Assembly (NCBI GenBank): GCA_964387845.1 | Contig: CAYLXA010000002.1 | Coordinates: 128,001-192,000, forward strand | Source: an uncultured bacterium | GTDB taxonomy: Bacteria > Omnitrophota > Omnitrophia > Omnitrophales > Abzuiibacteriaceae | Length of the DNA: 64,000 nt | Direction: 5' to 3' | Shown: positions 52,167-61,558 of the stretch, one piece after another | How positions within the stretch are numbered: position 1 is the first letter of the stretch | Layout of the letters: every line of letters starts with the position of its first letter | Translations under genes and position numbers: made by a program | The notes under the pieces: model-generated | The model's input: only the letters and a program-made list of their open reading frames with translations | Told to the model about the DNA's origin: nothing | Databases searched by the model: none

Positions 52167-52997
52167 ATGATGCACAAAGGTCGGCGAATTCAATTGGGCT
52201 TGCTGGCCTTTGTGCTTTTTTTCATCATCATAATCAACCCATCTCGGCTTGCCGCGGACGCGGCGCTGAAATCTTCTTTTCAATACGTACCCCAAAACTC
52301 ATCGCTCGCGATTGACCAAACCGTTACTTTGCAAGTATCGCTTCAGTGGTCGGGCAGCGAAGATCAATACCGGTTCGCGGTGCCTTCCATTTCAGCAAAA
52401 AATTTCGAACTCCTGCGCATAGGCCAAACCATCAAGCGGGAAGATGGATTCTTTCGGAAAGAGTTTGAATACGAATTCAAACCACTCAAGACCGGTTCTG
52501 CCGAAATTCCGGCCTTTCAAATTCCGTATACTTGCGATCCGAATTGTGATTCCGGCACGATTACCGTCGCCAGTAAAACATTTCAAATTACAGCGCCACG
52601 CAAATCTCGTGCACTTTGGTTAATATCGCTTATAATATTTGCTGTTTGTGCGCCGGTTGCGTTTTTTGTTTGGAAGAGACTGAACCGATCAGCGCCGAAT
52701 GCGTCTAATCCGATTAATGCAGATTCCGATCCGAAAGCCGTATGGATGCAAAAATTGGCAGAAATCGAAAGCGCTGATCAGACTCATCGAGAAAAAATAG
52801 CGGCACTTTCAAGGCTGCTGACACGATATAGTAAAGAAAAGCAGATAAGCAATGCAGACAGAGGGTTCAGCGCGCTTTTGTCATCACTAGAACAAATGAA
52901 ATTTTCAGGTTCCAATCTGAGCGAGTCTGATTTGAAAAATACTGTAAATCGGGTAAAATCATTCATTGAAAGCAATCAAGTAACCATGCCTTCATAA
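52167..52997 (+). CDS. BatD-like membrane protein, short paralogue 1 (signal peptide, beta-rich exo-domain, TM, helical C-terminus)
   Basis: Architecture and N-terminal pattern (FQYVPQNSSLAIDQTVTLQVSL) resemble the BatD N-terminal domain. Mid-protein TM LWLISLIIFAVCAPVAFFVW. Confidence 0.5.
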   Translation: MMHKGRRIQLGLLAFVLFFIIIINPSRLAADAALKSSFQYVPQNSSLAIDQTVTLQVSLQWSGSEDQYRFAVPSISAKNFELLRIGQTIKREDGFFRKEFEYEFKPLKTGSAEIPAFQIPYTCDPNCDSGTITVASKTFQITAPRKSRALWLISLIIFAVCAPVAFFVWKRLNRSAPNASNPINADSDPKAVWMQKLAEIESADQTHREKIAALSRLLTRYSKEKQISNADRGFSALLSSLEQMKFSGSNLSESDLKNTVNRVKSFIESNQVTMPS

Positions 52998-53022
52998 TTC
53001 AGAATTCAACAAGGAGACAGCA

Positions 53023-54012
53023 ATGGAAGCCGGAATATCCGAACTGAACGAGCGCGTGCGCGGCGAACATCAAACCACTCAAAAGTTGTTTCAAGAAATC
53101 GGTAAGATGATTGTCGGTCAAAATTATCTGATCGAGCGGCTCATGGTCGGCCTTTTAACAAACGGCCATATCCTCATTGAAGGCGTGCCCGGTCTTGCGA
53201 AAACACTTTCCGTTAAGACGCTGTCCCAGGCCTTACACGCAAAATTCCAGCGAATTCAATTCACGCCCGACCTGCTGCCCGCAGACTTAATCGGAACGCT
53301 CGTTTATAGCCCCAAAGAGGGCAATTTCACGACCAAAAAAGGCCCTATTTTCGCCAATATCGTGCTTGCGGATGAAATCAACCGGGCGCCCTCCAAAGTG
53401 CAGAGCGCGCTTCTGGAGGCCATGCAGGAGCGTCAGGTGACGATTGGTGAGACCACCTATGAACTTCCGGAACCTTTCTTGGTCTTGGCAACTCAAAATC
53501 CGATTGAGCAGGAAGGGACCTATCCGCTTCCCGAAGCGCAGGTCGACCGCTTTATGATGAAGCTGGTGGTGGGTTATCCGACCAAAAAAGAAGAGAAAGA
53601 AATTTTGGAACGGATGACCGCACCGTCCGAGGTTCAAATCCAGCCGGTGTTGGATTTGAAAACAATCTCCAAGTTACGCGAACTCGTAAAAAAGATTTAT
53701 GTCGACGAGAAAATCAAAGATTACATTTTGGATCTCGTGTTCGCAACTCGGAATCCCGAACAATATAAACTTGATGCAATTAAGCCCTTGATTGCTTACG
53801 GCGCTTCACCGCGTGCCAGCATCATGCTTGCGCTAGCGGCAAAAGCCCAGGCCTTTCTGAAAGGCCGCGGTTACGTGATTCCGGAAGACATTAAGCAAGT
53901 CGGTATTGATATTCTACGGCACCGCGTCATCGTGACCTACGAAGCAGAAGCCGAGGAAATGAAATCCGAAGATGTGATTGGAAAGATTTTTGACCAAATC
54001 GAAGTTCCATAA
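53023..54012 (+). CDS. MoxR-family AAA+ ATPase
   Basis: HILIEGVPGLAKT Walker A, LADEINRAP Walker B and MoxR-type length. AAGGAG SD. Confidence 0.9.
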   Translation: MEAGISELNERVRGEHQTTQKLFQEIGKMIVGQNYLIERLMVGLLTNGHILIEGVPGLAKTLSVKTLSQALHAKFQRIQFTPDLLPADLIGTLVYSPKEGNFTTKKGPIFANIVLADEINRAPSKVQSALLEAMQERQVTIGETTYELPEPFLVLATQNPIEQEGTYPLPEAQVDRFMMKLVVGYPTKKEEKEILERMTAPSEVQIQPVLDLKTISKLRELVKKIYVDEKIKDYILDLVFATRNPEQYKLDAIKPLIAYGASPRASIMLALAAKAQAFLKGRGYVIPEDIKQVGIDILRHRVIVTYEAEAEEMKSEDVIGKIFDQIEVP

Positions 54013-54026
54013 GCGGGATTTGACGC

Positions 54027-54902
54027 ATGATCCCCAAAGATGTTTTAAAGGAAATCAAACGGATCGAGATCCGCACGACCCGGCTCGTCAACGACTTATT
54101 CGGCGGTGAATACGAGTCCGTCTTCAAGGGCCGCGGAATCGAGTTTGCGGATGTGCGCGAATATGTGCCGGGCGATGACATCCGGACCATTGATTGGAAC
54201 GTGACGGCGCGCTCTCAGCATCCCTTCGTCAAAAAATACACCGAAGAACGCGAGCTGACGGTCCTTTTTGTCGTCGACGGTTCGGCCTCTCAGCAATTCG
54301 GAACCACTGCCAAAATCAAAGCCCAGATCACGGCGGAAATCTGCGCCCTCCTGGCATTCTCAGCCATCCGGAACCACGATAAAGTCGGCATGGTCATCTA
54401 TACCGACGAAGTCGAAAAATACGTCCCTATCAAGAAGGGGAGGAGCCATGTTTTAAGGGTTGTCCGGGAAATCCTCTTCTATAAGCCCAAGCGGAAGGGG
54501 ACCCGGCTCCAGACAGCCTTAGAATACCTTCAAAAGACCCTCAAGCGGCGCGTGGTGATGTTTATCATTTCAGACTTCCAAGATTCCGGCTATGAAAAAT
54601 CCCTCAAAATCATCAGCCAAAAGCATGATGTCATTGCCATTCATTTAACGGATCCGCTTGAACGGAAATGGCCATCGGGCGGCATTCTTCAGCTTGAAGA
54701 CGCCGAAACCGGAGAGCCCATTCTTATTAATAACCGCTCTCGGCACGTCCGGGAGTTGTTCGAAAAGCAGGTAAGCGAGGAGCTCGGTGAAATCGACCGG
54801 TCTTTTAAGATGATGGGAATCGACAAGGTCAATATTGATACCTCAAAGCCGTACGCTGATCCGCTGATTCGTTTATTTAAACAGCGCGAGCGCCGAAAAT
54901 GA
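54027..54902 (+). CDS. DUF58 domain protein (VWA-like MoxR partner)
   Basis: DUF58 signature EFADVREYVPGDDIRTIDWNVTAR and a VWA-like DxSxS motif (VVDGSAS). Confidence 0.85.
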   Translation: MIPKDVLKEIKRIEIRTTRLVNDLFGGEYESVFKGRGIEFADVREYVPGDDIRTIDWNVTARSQHPFVKKYTEERELTVLFVVDGSASQQFGTTAKIKAQITAEICALLAFSAIRNHDKVGMVIYTDEVEKYVPIKKGRSHVLRVVREILFYKPKRKGTRLQTALEYLQKTLKRRVVMFIISDFQDSGYEKSLKIISQKHDVIAIHLTDPLERKWPSGGILQLEDAETGEPILINNRSRHVRELFEKQVSEELGEIDRSFKMMGIDKVNIDTSKPYADPLIRLFKQRERRK

Positions 54903-55879
54903 AACGTGTTTTTGTTCTCCTGTTCGTTTTTGCGATGGCGCTGATTTTTACCCATCCCGCAGCGGTTTGGTGCGATGAAGCGAAAATATCCGTCACCGCC
55001 GAAGTGGATCATGCCTTTTTTACAATCGGCGACCGGGTCCGCTTCAAAGTAACCGCCGAACACGATCCGTCGATTCAAATTGCGCGTATCGATACTTCCG
55101 AAACATTCAAAGATTTTGAATTAAAAGAAGACAAAAGCTTTAAAACCGAACAAGGCAAAACAATCTCCGAAGGCAGGGAAATCGTATTTACCGGATATGA
55201 GCTCGGCGATTATGTCTTAAGCCCTGCGGTGATTTATTATCGCGAAGGCGCCGGTCAGGAATTAAAGAAAATCGAATCCAACAAGCTTTATGTTTCCATT
55301 GAGAGCGTGGATAAGGATGGGAAGCCGAGCGATGATATTGCAGGCATCAAAGGCGTCGTCAATCTGTCCCGCAAATGGGTCGGTTGGCTCATCGGAATCC
55401 TGTTCGGAGTTATGGCTGCCATCGGGTTCTATTTTTATTACACCAGAAAAAAGCAGTTCGCCGCCGCAATCAACCCTGAAAACCAACTCACGCCGCAGGA
55501 AGAGGCTTATCGGGCACTGAACCGGCTCGGAGATTCAGAGCTTCTGCAGCGCGGCCAAATTAAGCTTTATTTCGCCAAATTGTCAGAAATCATCCGTCGA
55601 TATATGGAACGCCGCTATCAGATTCTTGCGCTGGAATCAACGACTGATGAAATTATGAGCGCCCTAAGGCAGCGCGAATTAGACGGCAAAACACTAACAC
55701 TGATTAAAAGCCACTTTGAGGTCTGCGATCTGGTGAAATTCGCAAAATTTAAACCCGAGCCGGCAGAAATCATCCGTCAGACTAAACTGGCCAAAGAAAT
55801 TGTCGACATCACCAAAGCACCGGAGCTGCCTGCAGCAGATGAAGCGGCCGGAGCAAATCAAGCGGTGTCAAAGCCATGA
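54899..55879 (+). CDS. BatD-like membrane protein, short paralogue 2
   Basis: Same architecture as the 52167 gene: signal peptide, exo-domain (ISVTAEVDHAFFTIGDRVRFKVTA), TM WVGWLIGILFGVMAAIGFYFYY, helical C-terminus. Confidence 0.5.
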   Translation: MKRVFVLLFVFAMALIFTHPAAVWCDEAKISVTAEVDHAFFTIGDRVRFKVTAEHDPSIQIARIDTSETFKDFELKEDKSFKTEQGKTISEGREIVFTGYELGDYVLSPAVIYYREGAGQELKKIESNKLYVSIESVDKDGKPSDDIAGIKGVVNLSRKWVGWLIGILFGVMAAIGFYFYYTRKKQFAAAINPENQLTPQEEAYRALNRLGDSELLQRGQIKLYFAKLSEIIRRYMERRYQILALESTTDEIMSALRQRELDGKTLTLIKSHFEVCDLVKFAKFKPEPAEIIRQTKLAKEIVDITKAPELPAADEAAGANQAVSKP

Positions 55880-56859
55880 TGGAATTCAAGAATCCTGAAT
55901 TCTTTTTACTCTTACTATTGCTTCCGCTGGTTTTGCTTTGGATATCGAGACGCAAACGAAGCTCGATTCGGTTTTCGGCAATTCAAAAATTCAAACAAAT
56001 TCGAGACCATTCCGCATCCCGCTTTTTTTTCTATTTGAATTTGCTTAGGATCATCGCGTTTGTGTTTATGGTCATCGCGCTTGCGCGGCCTCAGCACGTT
56101 GCCGCAGAGCGTGAATATGAAGCCAGCGGACTTGACATTATGCTCGCACTCGACATTTCGGGTTCGATGCTGGCCGAGGATTTTAAGCCGGTCAACCGGA
56201 TGACGGTGGCCAAAGAAGAGGCCAAGCGGTTCGTCAAAGGCCGGAAAAGCGACCGGATTGGTTTGGTCGTCTTCGCCAAAAAGAGCTATACACAATGTCC
56301 GCTCACGCTAGATTATGACGTTCTGATGAAGTTAATTGACGACGTCGAAATCGGCATGATCAAAGACGGAACCGCCATCGGCCTCGGAGTCGCCAATGCG
56401 GTCAACCGGCTTCGGGAAAGCGACGGTAAAAGCCGGGTGGTGATTCTGCTCACAGACGGCGACAACAATGCCGGAAATATTGACCCCATTACCGCCGCAG
56501 AGCTTGCGAAAAGCTTCGGCATCCGGATTTACACGATCGGAATCGGAACCGGCGGCATGGTGCCATTTCCGATTGATGACCCGATTTTCGGCAAGCGGTA
56601 TGTTCAGGCAAAAGTCGACATTGATGAAACAACGCTGAAACGGATCGCCGACATTACCGGCGGATTATTTTTCCCGGCACGTGACGCAAAAATGCTTTCC
56701 GAAATTTATCAGCGAATCGGCGAGCTTGAGAAATCCGAATTTAAAATCAAGGAATATTCAAGCTACGGCGAATTATTTCACTATTTTTTAATCCCGGGGT
56801 TTTTAATTTTGTTACTTGAAATTGGGCTCCGGCAGTTATTTTTCGTGAAGGTGCCTTGA
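55876..56859 (+). CDS. batA: VWA-domain membrane protein BatA
   Basis: N-terminal TM pair, VWA MIDAS motif (DISGSM) and a C-terminal TM. Confidence 0.8.
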   Translation: MMEFKNPEFFLLLLLLPLVLLWISRRKRSSIRFSAIQKFKQIRDHSASRFFFYLNLLRIIAFVFMVIALARPQHVAAEREYEASGLDIMLALDISGSMLAEDFKPVNRMTVAKEEAKRFVKGRKSDRIGLVVFAKKSYTQCPLTLDYDVLMKLIDDVEIGMIKDGTAIGLGVANAVNRLRESDGKSRVVILLTDGDNNAGNIDPITAAELAKSFGIRIYTIGIGTGGMVPFPIDDPIFGKRYVQAKVDIDETTLKRIADITGGLFFPARDAKMLSEIYQRIGELEKSEFKIKEYSSYGELFHYFLIPGFLILLLEIGLRQLFFVKVP

Positions 56860-57881
56860 CCATGCAATTTTATCAGCCGGCTCATCTTCAATTTTTATGG
56901 CTTATCCCAATCGTGATTGCCTTGTTTTATTTTGCGGCAAAACGAAAAAAGAAAATTCTAGCCGGGCTCGGAAATCTTCAGACCCTGCGTCTATTAACGT
57001 CATTTCATTCTGAGTCAAAGCTGAAGTGGAAATCGTTTCTGCTGGTCACAGCATTGATATTTTTGGTTGTGGCGCTTGCGCAACCACAATGGGGCGAGGA
57101 AAAGAAAAAAATTAAGCGAAAAGGCATCGATTTAATATTTTTGGTCGACACATCCTTGAGCATGCTGGCTGAAGACGTAAAACCGAACCGGCTGGAAAAG
57201 GCCCGCTTTGAAATGCGGTCGTTTTTGAGGCATCTCAAAGGAGACCGGGTCGGTATTGTCACGTTTGCAGGATCGGGCTTCCTGCAATCTCCGCTTACAC
57301 TGGATTATTCGGCGTTTTCTTTGTTTGCCGATTCCATTGAAGTGGGCTACATTCCGGACATGGGGACCAGCATGAGCGAAGGTATTCACACGGCCGTCCG
57401 GTCCTTGCCGGGCGACACCAATAAACATCGCGCTGTCGTCATCCTGTCTGATGGTGAAAACATGGAAGAAGATATCCAAAATGCCATCGAATCCGCTAAA
57501 AAAGCAGGGGTGCGGCTCTATACGATCGGTATCGGAACCAAAGCGGGGGAGCCCATTCCCCTTAAATCCGAAACCGGCAAAATGAGCGGATATAAGAAAG
57601 ACAAGTTTGGGGAAGTTGTTATCAGTAAACTGAATGAACCTTTGCTGGGAAAGATTGCAAGCGAAACCGAAGGCTTGTACTTTCCGGCAACGCCGGGCGA
57701 AACTGAAACCGGCTTGATTTATCAGCATATTCAGAGCCTGGGTAAGAAAGAATTTAAGGAACAGCTTTTGGTCGAGCGCGAGGATCATTTTCAGAGTTTT
57801 CTCTTGATTGGCATACTTTTACTACTGCTTGAAACTATTTTGGGCGACCGGAGCAAGCGCCGTTATGCACAAACGATTTAA
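56856..57881 (+). CDS. batB: VWA-domain membrane protein BatB
   Basis: TM, VWA MIDAS (DTSLSM) and a C-terminal TM; paralogue of batA. Confidence 0.8.
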   Translation: MTMQFYQPAHLQFLWLIPIVIALFYFAAKRKKKILAGLGNLQTLRLLTSFHSESKLKWKSFLLVTALIFLVVALAQPQWGEEKKKIKRKGIDLIFLVDTSLSMLAEDVKPNRLEKARFEMRSFLRHLKGDRVGIVTFAGSGFLQSPLTLDYSAFSLFADSIEVGYIPDMGTSMSEGIHTAVRSLPGDTNKHRAVVILSDGENMEEDIQNAIESAKKAGVRLYTIGIGTKAGEPIPLKSETGKMSGYKKDKFGEVVISKLNEPLLGKIASETEGLYFPATPGETETGLIYQHIQSLGKKEFKEQLLVEREDHFQSFLLIGILLLLLETILGDRSKRRYAQTI

Positions 57882-58896
57882 CTCTTCAATATTACTAAGT
57901 TGGTTTTTGATTCTCACATGGCTTGCGCTCTGCGGCTTTTTAGACAGCACTGCATCCCTCAATCAAAAAGCGAACAAACTATACAAAGACAAGCGCTATC
58001 AATCCGCTCAAGAGCTTTATCAAAAGGCTCAGGTCAGAAACCCAAAAAATTCCGAAATCGGCTACAACCTGGGCTCAACCTTGTATCAGCTTGATCAATA
58101 TGAAGACGCGCATAATCAATTCGAAAAATCGATTGCCAACACAAAAGACAAATCACTCTTGGCCCGGTCGCATTACAACTACGGAAATTCGCTTTACCGC
58201 TTAGGGCAACTCGAAGAAGCTATCACGGCCTACAAGAAAGCATTGGATTTAGACCCTAAGGATAAGGACGCAAAGCACAATCTCGAATTGCTGCTTAAGA
58301 AAAAGAATGATTTCGAGCAGAAACAAGACCAGCGGAACGAGCAAAATAAAAATCAGCAGGAGCAGCAAAAGAAACAAAATCAAAACCAGAGTCAAAATCA
58401 GCAGCAACAGCAGCAACAACAAGATCAAAACAACCAAGGCGGAAGCCAAAATCAGAAGCAGCAAAACCAAGGCGGTGGCGGTGGCCAAGATCAAAACCAA
58501 AATCAGCCCAAACCGGACCAAGAGCAGCCCGATAAAAATGCCGGCGGCAAAGGCGCGCAAGACCAGCGCAAACCCCAGGAACAGAACCAAAAGGACGAAC
58601 AAAACCAGAAAAAGGACCAAGAAACCCAAAATCAGCCTAAGCCCGACTCAAAACAGCAGAATGCCGACCTCGACCAACAAAAGGCTGATATGGAGCGTCC
58701 TGACAGCTCCGGTGAGCAGGAAAAGCCCTCAGGAGGCCAAGAGAGCGAAGAGAAGCAATACTTTCAGGGTCAGATGTCAAAAGTGGATGCTATGCGCATT
58801 TTAGACGCCTTAAAAGACTCCGAAAAGAAGATGCAGATTTTGCGCAGACCAAAGCCTCAGAATGAGAATGAGACGCCGCCCGATATGGATTGGTAG
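57865..58896 (+). CDS. batC: TPR-repeat protein BatC with a long Q/N/K-rich low-complexity tail
   Basis: N-terminal TM, three TPR units (YQKAQVRNPKNSEIGYNLGSTLYQL...), then ~200 aa of Q/N/D/K-rich sequence. ATG 57865; the ORF-track 57808 overlaps batB further. Confidence 0.7.
   Translation: MHKRFNSSILLSWFLILTWLALCGFLDSTASLNQKANKLYKDKRYQSAQELYQKAQVRNPKNSEIGYNLGSTLYQLDQYEDAHNQFEKSIANTKDKSLLARSHYNYGNSLYRLGQLEEAITAYKKALDLDPKDKDAKHNLELLLKKKNDFEQKQDQRNEQNKNQQEQQKKQNQNQSQNQQQQQQQQDQNNQGGSQNQKQQNQGGGGGQDQNQNQPKPDQEQPDKNAGGKGAQDQRKPQEQNQKDEQNQKKDQETQNQPKPDSKQQNADLDQQKADMERPDSSGEQEKPSGGQESEEKQYFQGQMSKVDAMRILDALKDSEKKMQILRRPKPQNENETPPDMDW
58300..58700 (+). repeat. Coding low-complexity, CAA/AAC-rich simple-sequence tract (poly-Q/N region of batC)
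   Basis: Read directly (caaaaccaaaatcag...cagcaacagcagcaacaacaa). It generates a spurious poly-Leu ORF on the opposite strand. Confidence 0.7.
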
Positions 58897-58971
58897 GCGC
58901 GTTTTCTTTACCTGTTGTTTTTTTACATAAGATATATTATCGGACGTTATTAAATATAAAGAAAACACCCT

Positions 58972-60630
58972 CTAAACAGAAACCAGCTTGCCCCCGGGCA
59001 TAGCGCCAATACTTGCCAACTTCCGTTTCGCTAACTTTCCCGCGCTCGAAGACGGCTGTTTTTTGACAAGATGCTTCAGAACCCGAATTCCAAATTCGCG
59101 CAGCTCAAAAAGCTTTTCCGAAAAATGAAACCCAATGTAGTGAAGGTCCTGGGGGCCCACCGTTTTCCGGTCCTTGAGCAAGTTCTTGAAAAATTCATCA
59201 GCATTATTCTTAATCAGCGTCTGACATAGATGCAAAGCCTTATCTTGTTCCCGGAAGCCCGTAGAAAGGTCCTTTTTTGAGGTTTTGAGGCTTAAAACCG
59301 TCATTTCGTACCGTGCGGCATGGGTATACAAGTAACTGTCCTGCAAAAGCGCCAAATACGCGACTGCATCTGCCCATTTGCCCTTCTTTTTCAATGACTG
59401 AGCCTTCGTCATCACATATTTATAAAGGAGGTCTGGGTTAATATTCTTCAGTAATTGAAGGTAATTTCGGTATTTTTCATTCTTCTGCTTAATTAGCTTC
59501 TCTAGTGAATTTAGAAGCTTTTTGCAGAGAGCCGGTTTGAATGCCTTTTTATGTGCCCGTAAAACCGAAATGATTTGATCCGCTTTCTCCGGCGTTAAAT
59601 CGCTTTCGAATATTTTCAGGAGCGGCAACACGGCTTTCGGCATTTTCTCAAGCGACGTTTTGGACGCATCCCGAATCCGGATATCCGGCGAGTTTAAATA
59701 TTCAATCAATGTAGATACGTTCTCCGAGGAATCAAAACTACCCAGCTTGGAAAGCGCATAGCTTCGAATCGAAGCATGCGGGCTGTCCAAGAGTTTTGAA
59801 ATGGGAGACTGCATTTTTTTGGACACTTCGAGAGGCTCAACAACCTGTAAAGCGTATTTCCCCACATTCGCAAAGTCCGCATGATTTAAGACGGGCAGCA
59901 AAACTTTCAGCGCATCATCGTGCCCCTTCCCTTTGAATCCAAGCCGCGAGAGCGCCATTAATGCATACTTGGCGACGAAAATATCTTTGCTTTGGCTTAA
60001 TGCCGACATCAGTGCAGACTTTGACCGCGGGTCCTGAAGATAGCCGATTAAAATCAAACATGAAATCATGAAAGAATTGACTTTCTTGATCTGAGGTTTG
60101 CGCATCAATTTCAACAAAGACTGATTCAGCCATTTCCGCTCCCGCTTATCCATCCGCTCAATCACGGATCGGAACAAATCACAAACAAACTTCAAATGTT
60201 CCACTTCCCTGCTATCCCACAGCGAATCCAAAAGCAATACATAAGCTGCTTTGTTGGGAATCCGTCCAATGGTGGCCAAAATAGCTCTCTTTTCAAACGG
60301 CAGTGCTTTCGGATATCGTTTTTTAAGCGCAGGGATGGCCGAAACCCCATTCACAGCAATCGCCCGGATCACTTTCTCGCGGTTAACTGCCATATCGCTT
60401 AAAAACGGGATCAAATACGGTAGATAATCTTTGGATGGCGATTTGCTCGGAATTTCAAGCAAAGAATCCTTAATGACAGGATCTTGAATTTGGGAGAAAA
60501 GATCCCCAACTGCTTTGGCTAGCAACCGGTCTTTAATGCCGAGTTCTGATAGAACGCGTATAGCGGAAAGCTGTACGTCGCGGTCCTTTGATTTGAGAAG
60601 GCCTAAAATTTTCTTGGCAGTAACGTCCAT
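58972..60630 (-). CDS. HEAT/PBS-lyase-like repeat protein
   Basis: 552 aa, all-helical with repetitive ~30-40 aa units (…ALMALSRLG…, …AIRVLSELG…). Convergent with batC. Confidence 0.6.
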   Translation of the reverse strand: MDVTAKKILGLLKSKDRDVQLSAIRVLSELGIKDRLLAKAVGDLFSQIQDPVIKDSLLEIPSKSPSKDYLPYLIPFLSDMAVNREKVIRAIAVNGVSAIPALKKRYPKALPFEKRAILATIGRIPNKAAYVLLLDSLWDSREVEHLKFVCDLFRSVIERMDKRERKWLNQSLLKLMRKPQIKKVNSFMISCLILIGYLQDPRSKSALMSALSQSKDIFVAKYALMALSRLGFKGKGHDDALKVLLPVLNHADFANVGKYALQVVEPLEVSKKMQSPISKLLDSPHASIRSYALSKLGSFDSSENVSTLIEYLNSPDIRIRDASKTSLEKMPKAVLPLLKIFESDLTPEKADQIISVLRAHKKAFKPALCKKLLNSLEKLIKQKNEKYRNYLQLLKNINPDLLYKYVMTKAQSLKKKGKWADAVAYLALLQDSYLYTHAARYEMTVLSLKTSKKDLSTGFREQDKALHLCQTLIKNNADEFFKNLLKDRKTVGPQDLHYIGFHFSEKLFELREFGIRVLKHLVKKQPSSSAGKLAKRKLASIGAMPGGKLVSV

Positions 60631-60659
60631 GGGTGGGTATTGTACTCAAAATACTGACT

Positions 60660-61556
60660 CTACTCAAGAACCATATCGTCAATGTGCCAGCCGCCCGTCA
60701 AAACACCCGCGCTGCGGGCGACCGTCATCCGAATTTGCTTCAGCAAGAATTCATTCGGAGGTGAATCTTGGTTCTTCCATAATTCAATGTCGTACTTTTT
60801 CCAGAATGTAAAGAAATCGGTTACATCATGCTCGATCATTTCTCCGGAATGCGAAACAAGCTGTATGCGAATGGGCGACATAACCCCTTTGTTATGTTTG
60901 AAATCTGCAAGCAATTTAAACGCAAGTTTGTTAAAACCGCTTATATCGATAAGGGGCAGATCAATGACAAGCGTCGCGACCTCCCCGGGCGCGGCCGTAA
61001 AATCATAAATAACCGCAAGCGCATTGCCATAGGAACCAAAACGTTTATTCGTATCGAACTCAAGATTTAACAAAGAACCCGCGGTGCTGTTGCGGATGGC
61101 GTAGATTTTGGTATTAAAGTTTGTAACAAAATCCGGTCGATTAAAATCCGCAATCATTTGCGGCTTGACTTCACGGACGCTCCCGGCCGGCGTGGCAAGA
61201 TTAAAATCCTTCATTATATTTTGAATAACTTTTTGCTTTTGGCTTGCGCCGTTAGCTTTCGAAATACCGGCTGATCCAGGCCCGGCGTTTGCCCCGGCTG
61301 CGGACTCAACAGTGTTCGGAACAGGTTCGGAATAACTTCGAATCTGGTTGAACATCTTCCATGTCATGATAAATATTACCAGCTGCGCAACAAGAATAAC
61401 GAACGAAAAAATCACAATCGCAGTCCTTTGTTGATTGCCGGGCTGCGGGCTCCGTTCGGCGGATTGGCCGGACACATTCATGCCTGATTCATTCAAAAAA
61501 GGCATCGCTGGAGATTTTTTCACTTTTGGGAATTCGGTCTTTTGCATGGTCATCAT
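60660..61556 (-). CDS. Hypothetical single-pass membrane protein with a large extracytoplasmic domain
   Basis: TM AIVIFSFVILVAQLVIFIM. Start ambiguous: ATG candidates at 61589, 61556, 61553 and 61547; 61556 is chosen to avoid a 31-nt overlap with the cca stop. Confidence 0.5.
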   Translation of the reverse strand: MMTMQKTEFPKVKKSPAMPFLNESGMNVSGQSAERSPQPGNQQRTAIVIFSFVILVAQLVIFIMTWKMFNQIRSYSEPVPNTVESAAGANAGPGSAGISKANGASQKQKVIQNIMKDFNLATPAGSVREVKPQMIADFNRPDFVTNFNTKIYAIRNSTAGSLLNLEFDTNKRFGSYGNALAVIYDFTAAPGEVATLVIDLPLIDISGFNKLAFKLLADFKHNKGVMSPIRIQLVSHSGEMIEHDVTDFFTFWKKYDIELWKNQDSPPNEFLLKQIRMTVARSAGVLTGGWHIDDMVLE

Positions 61557-61558
61557 AA

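Noticed and set aside
58249-58629. Poly-leucine 126-aa ORF on the – strand
   Set aside because: It is the reverse complement of the CAA/CAG-rich poly-Q/N tract of batC and is an artifact of the simple-sequence DNA.
58300-58700. Possible CRISPR-like or tandem repeat array
   Set aside because: The repetition is codon-level simple sequence inside one continuous reading frame (batC). There are no regular repeat-spacer units and no cas genes nearby.
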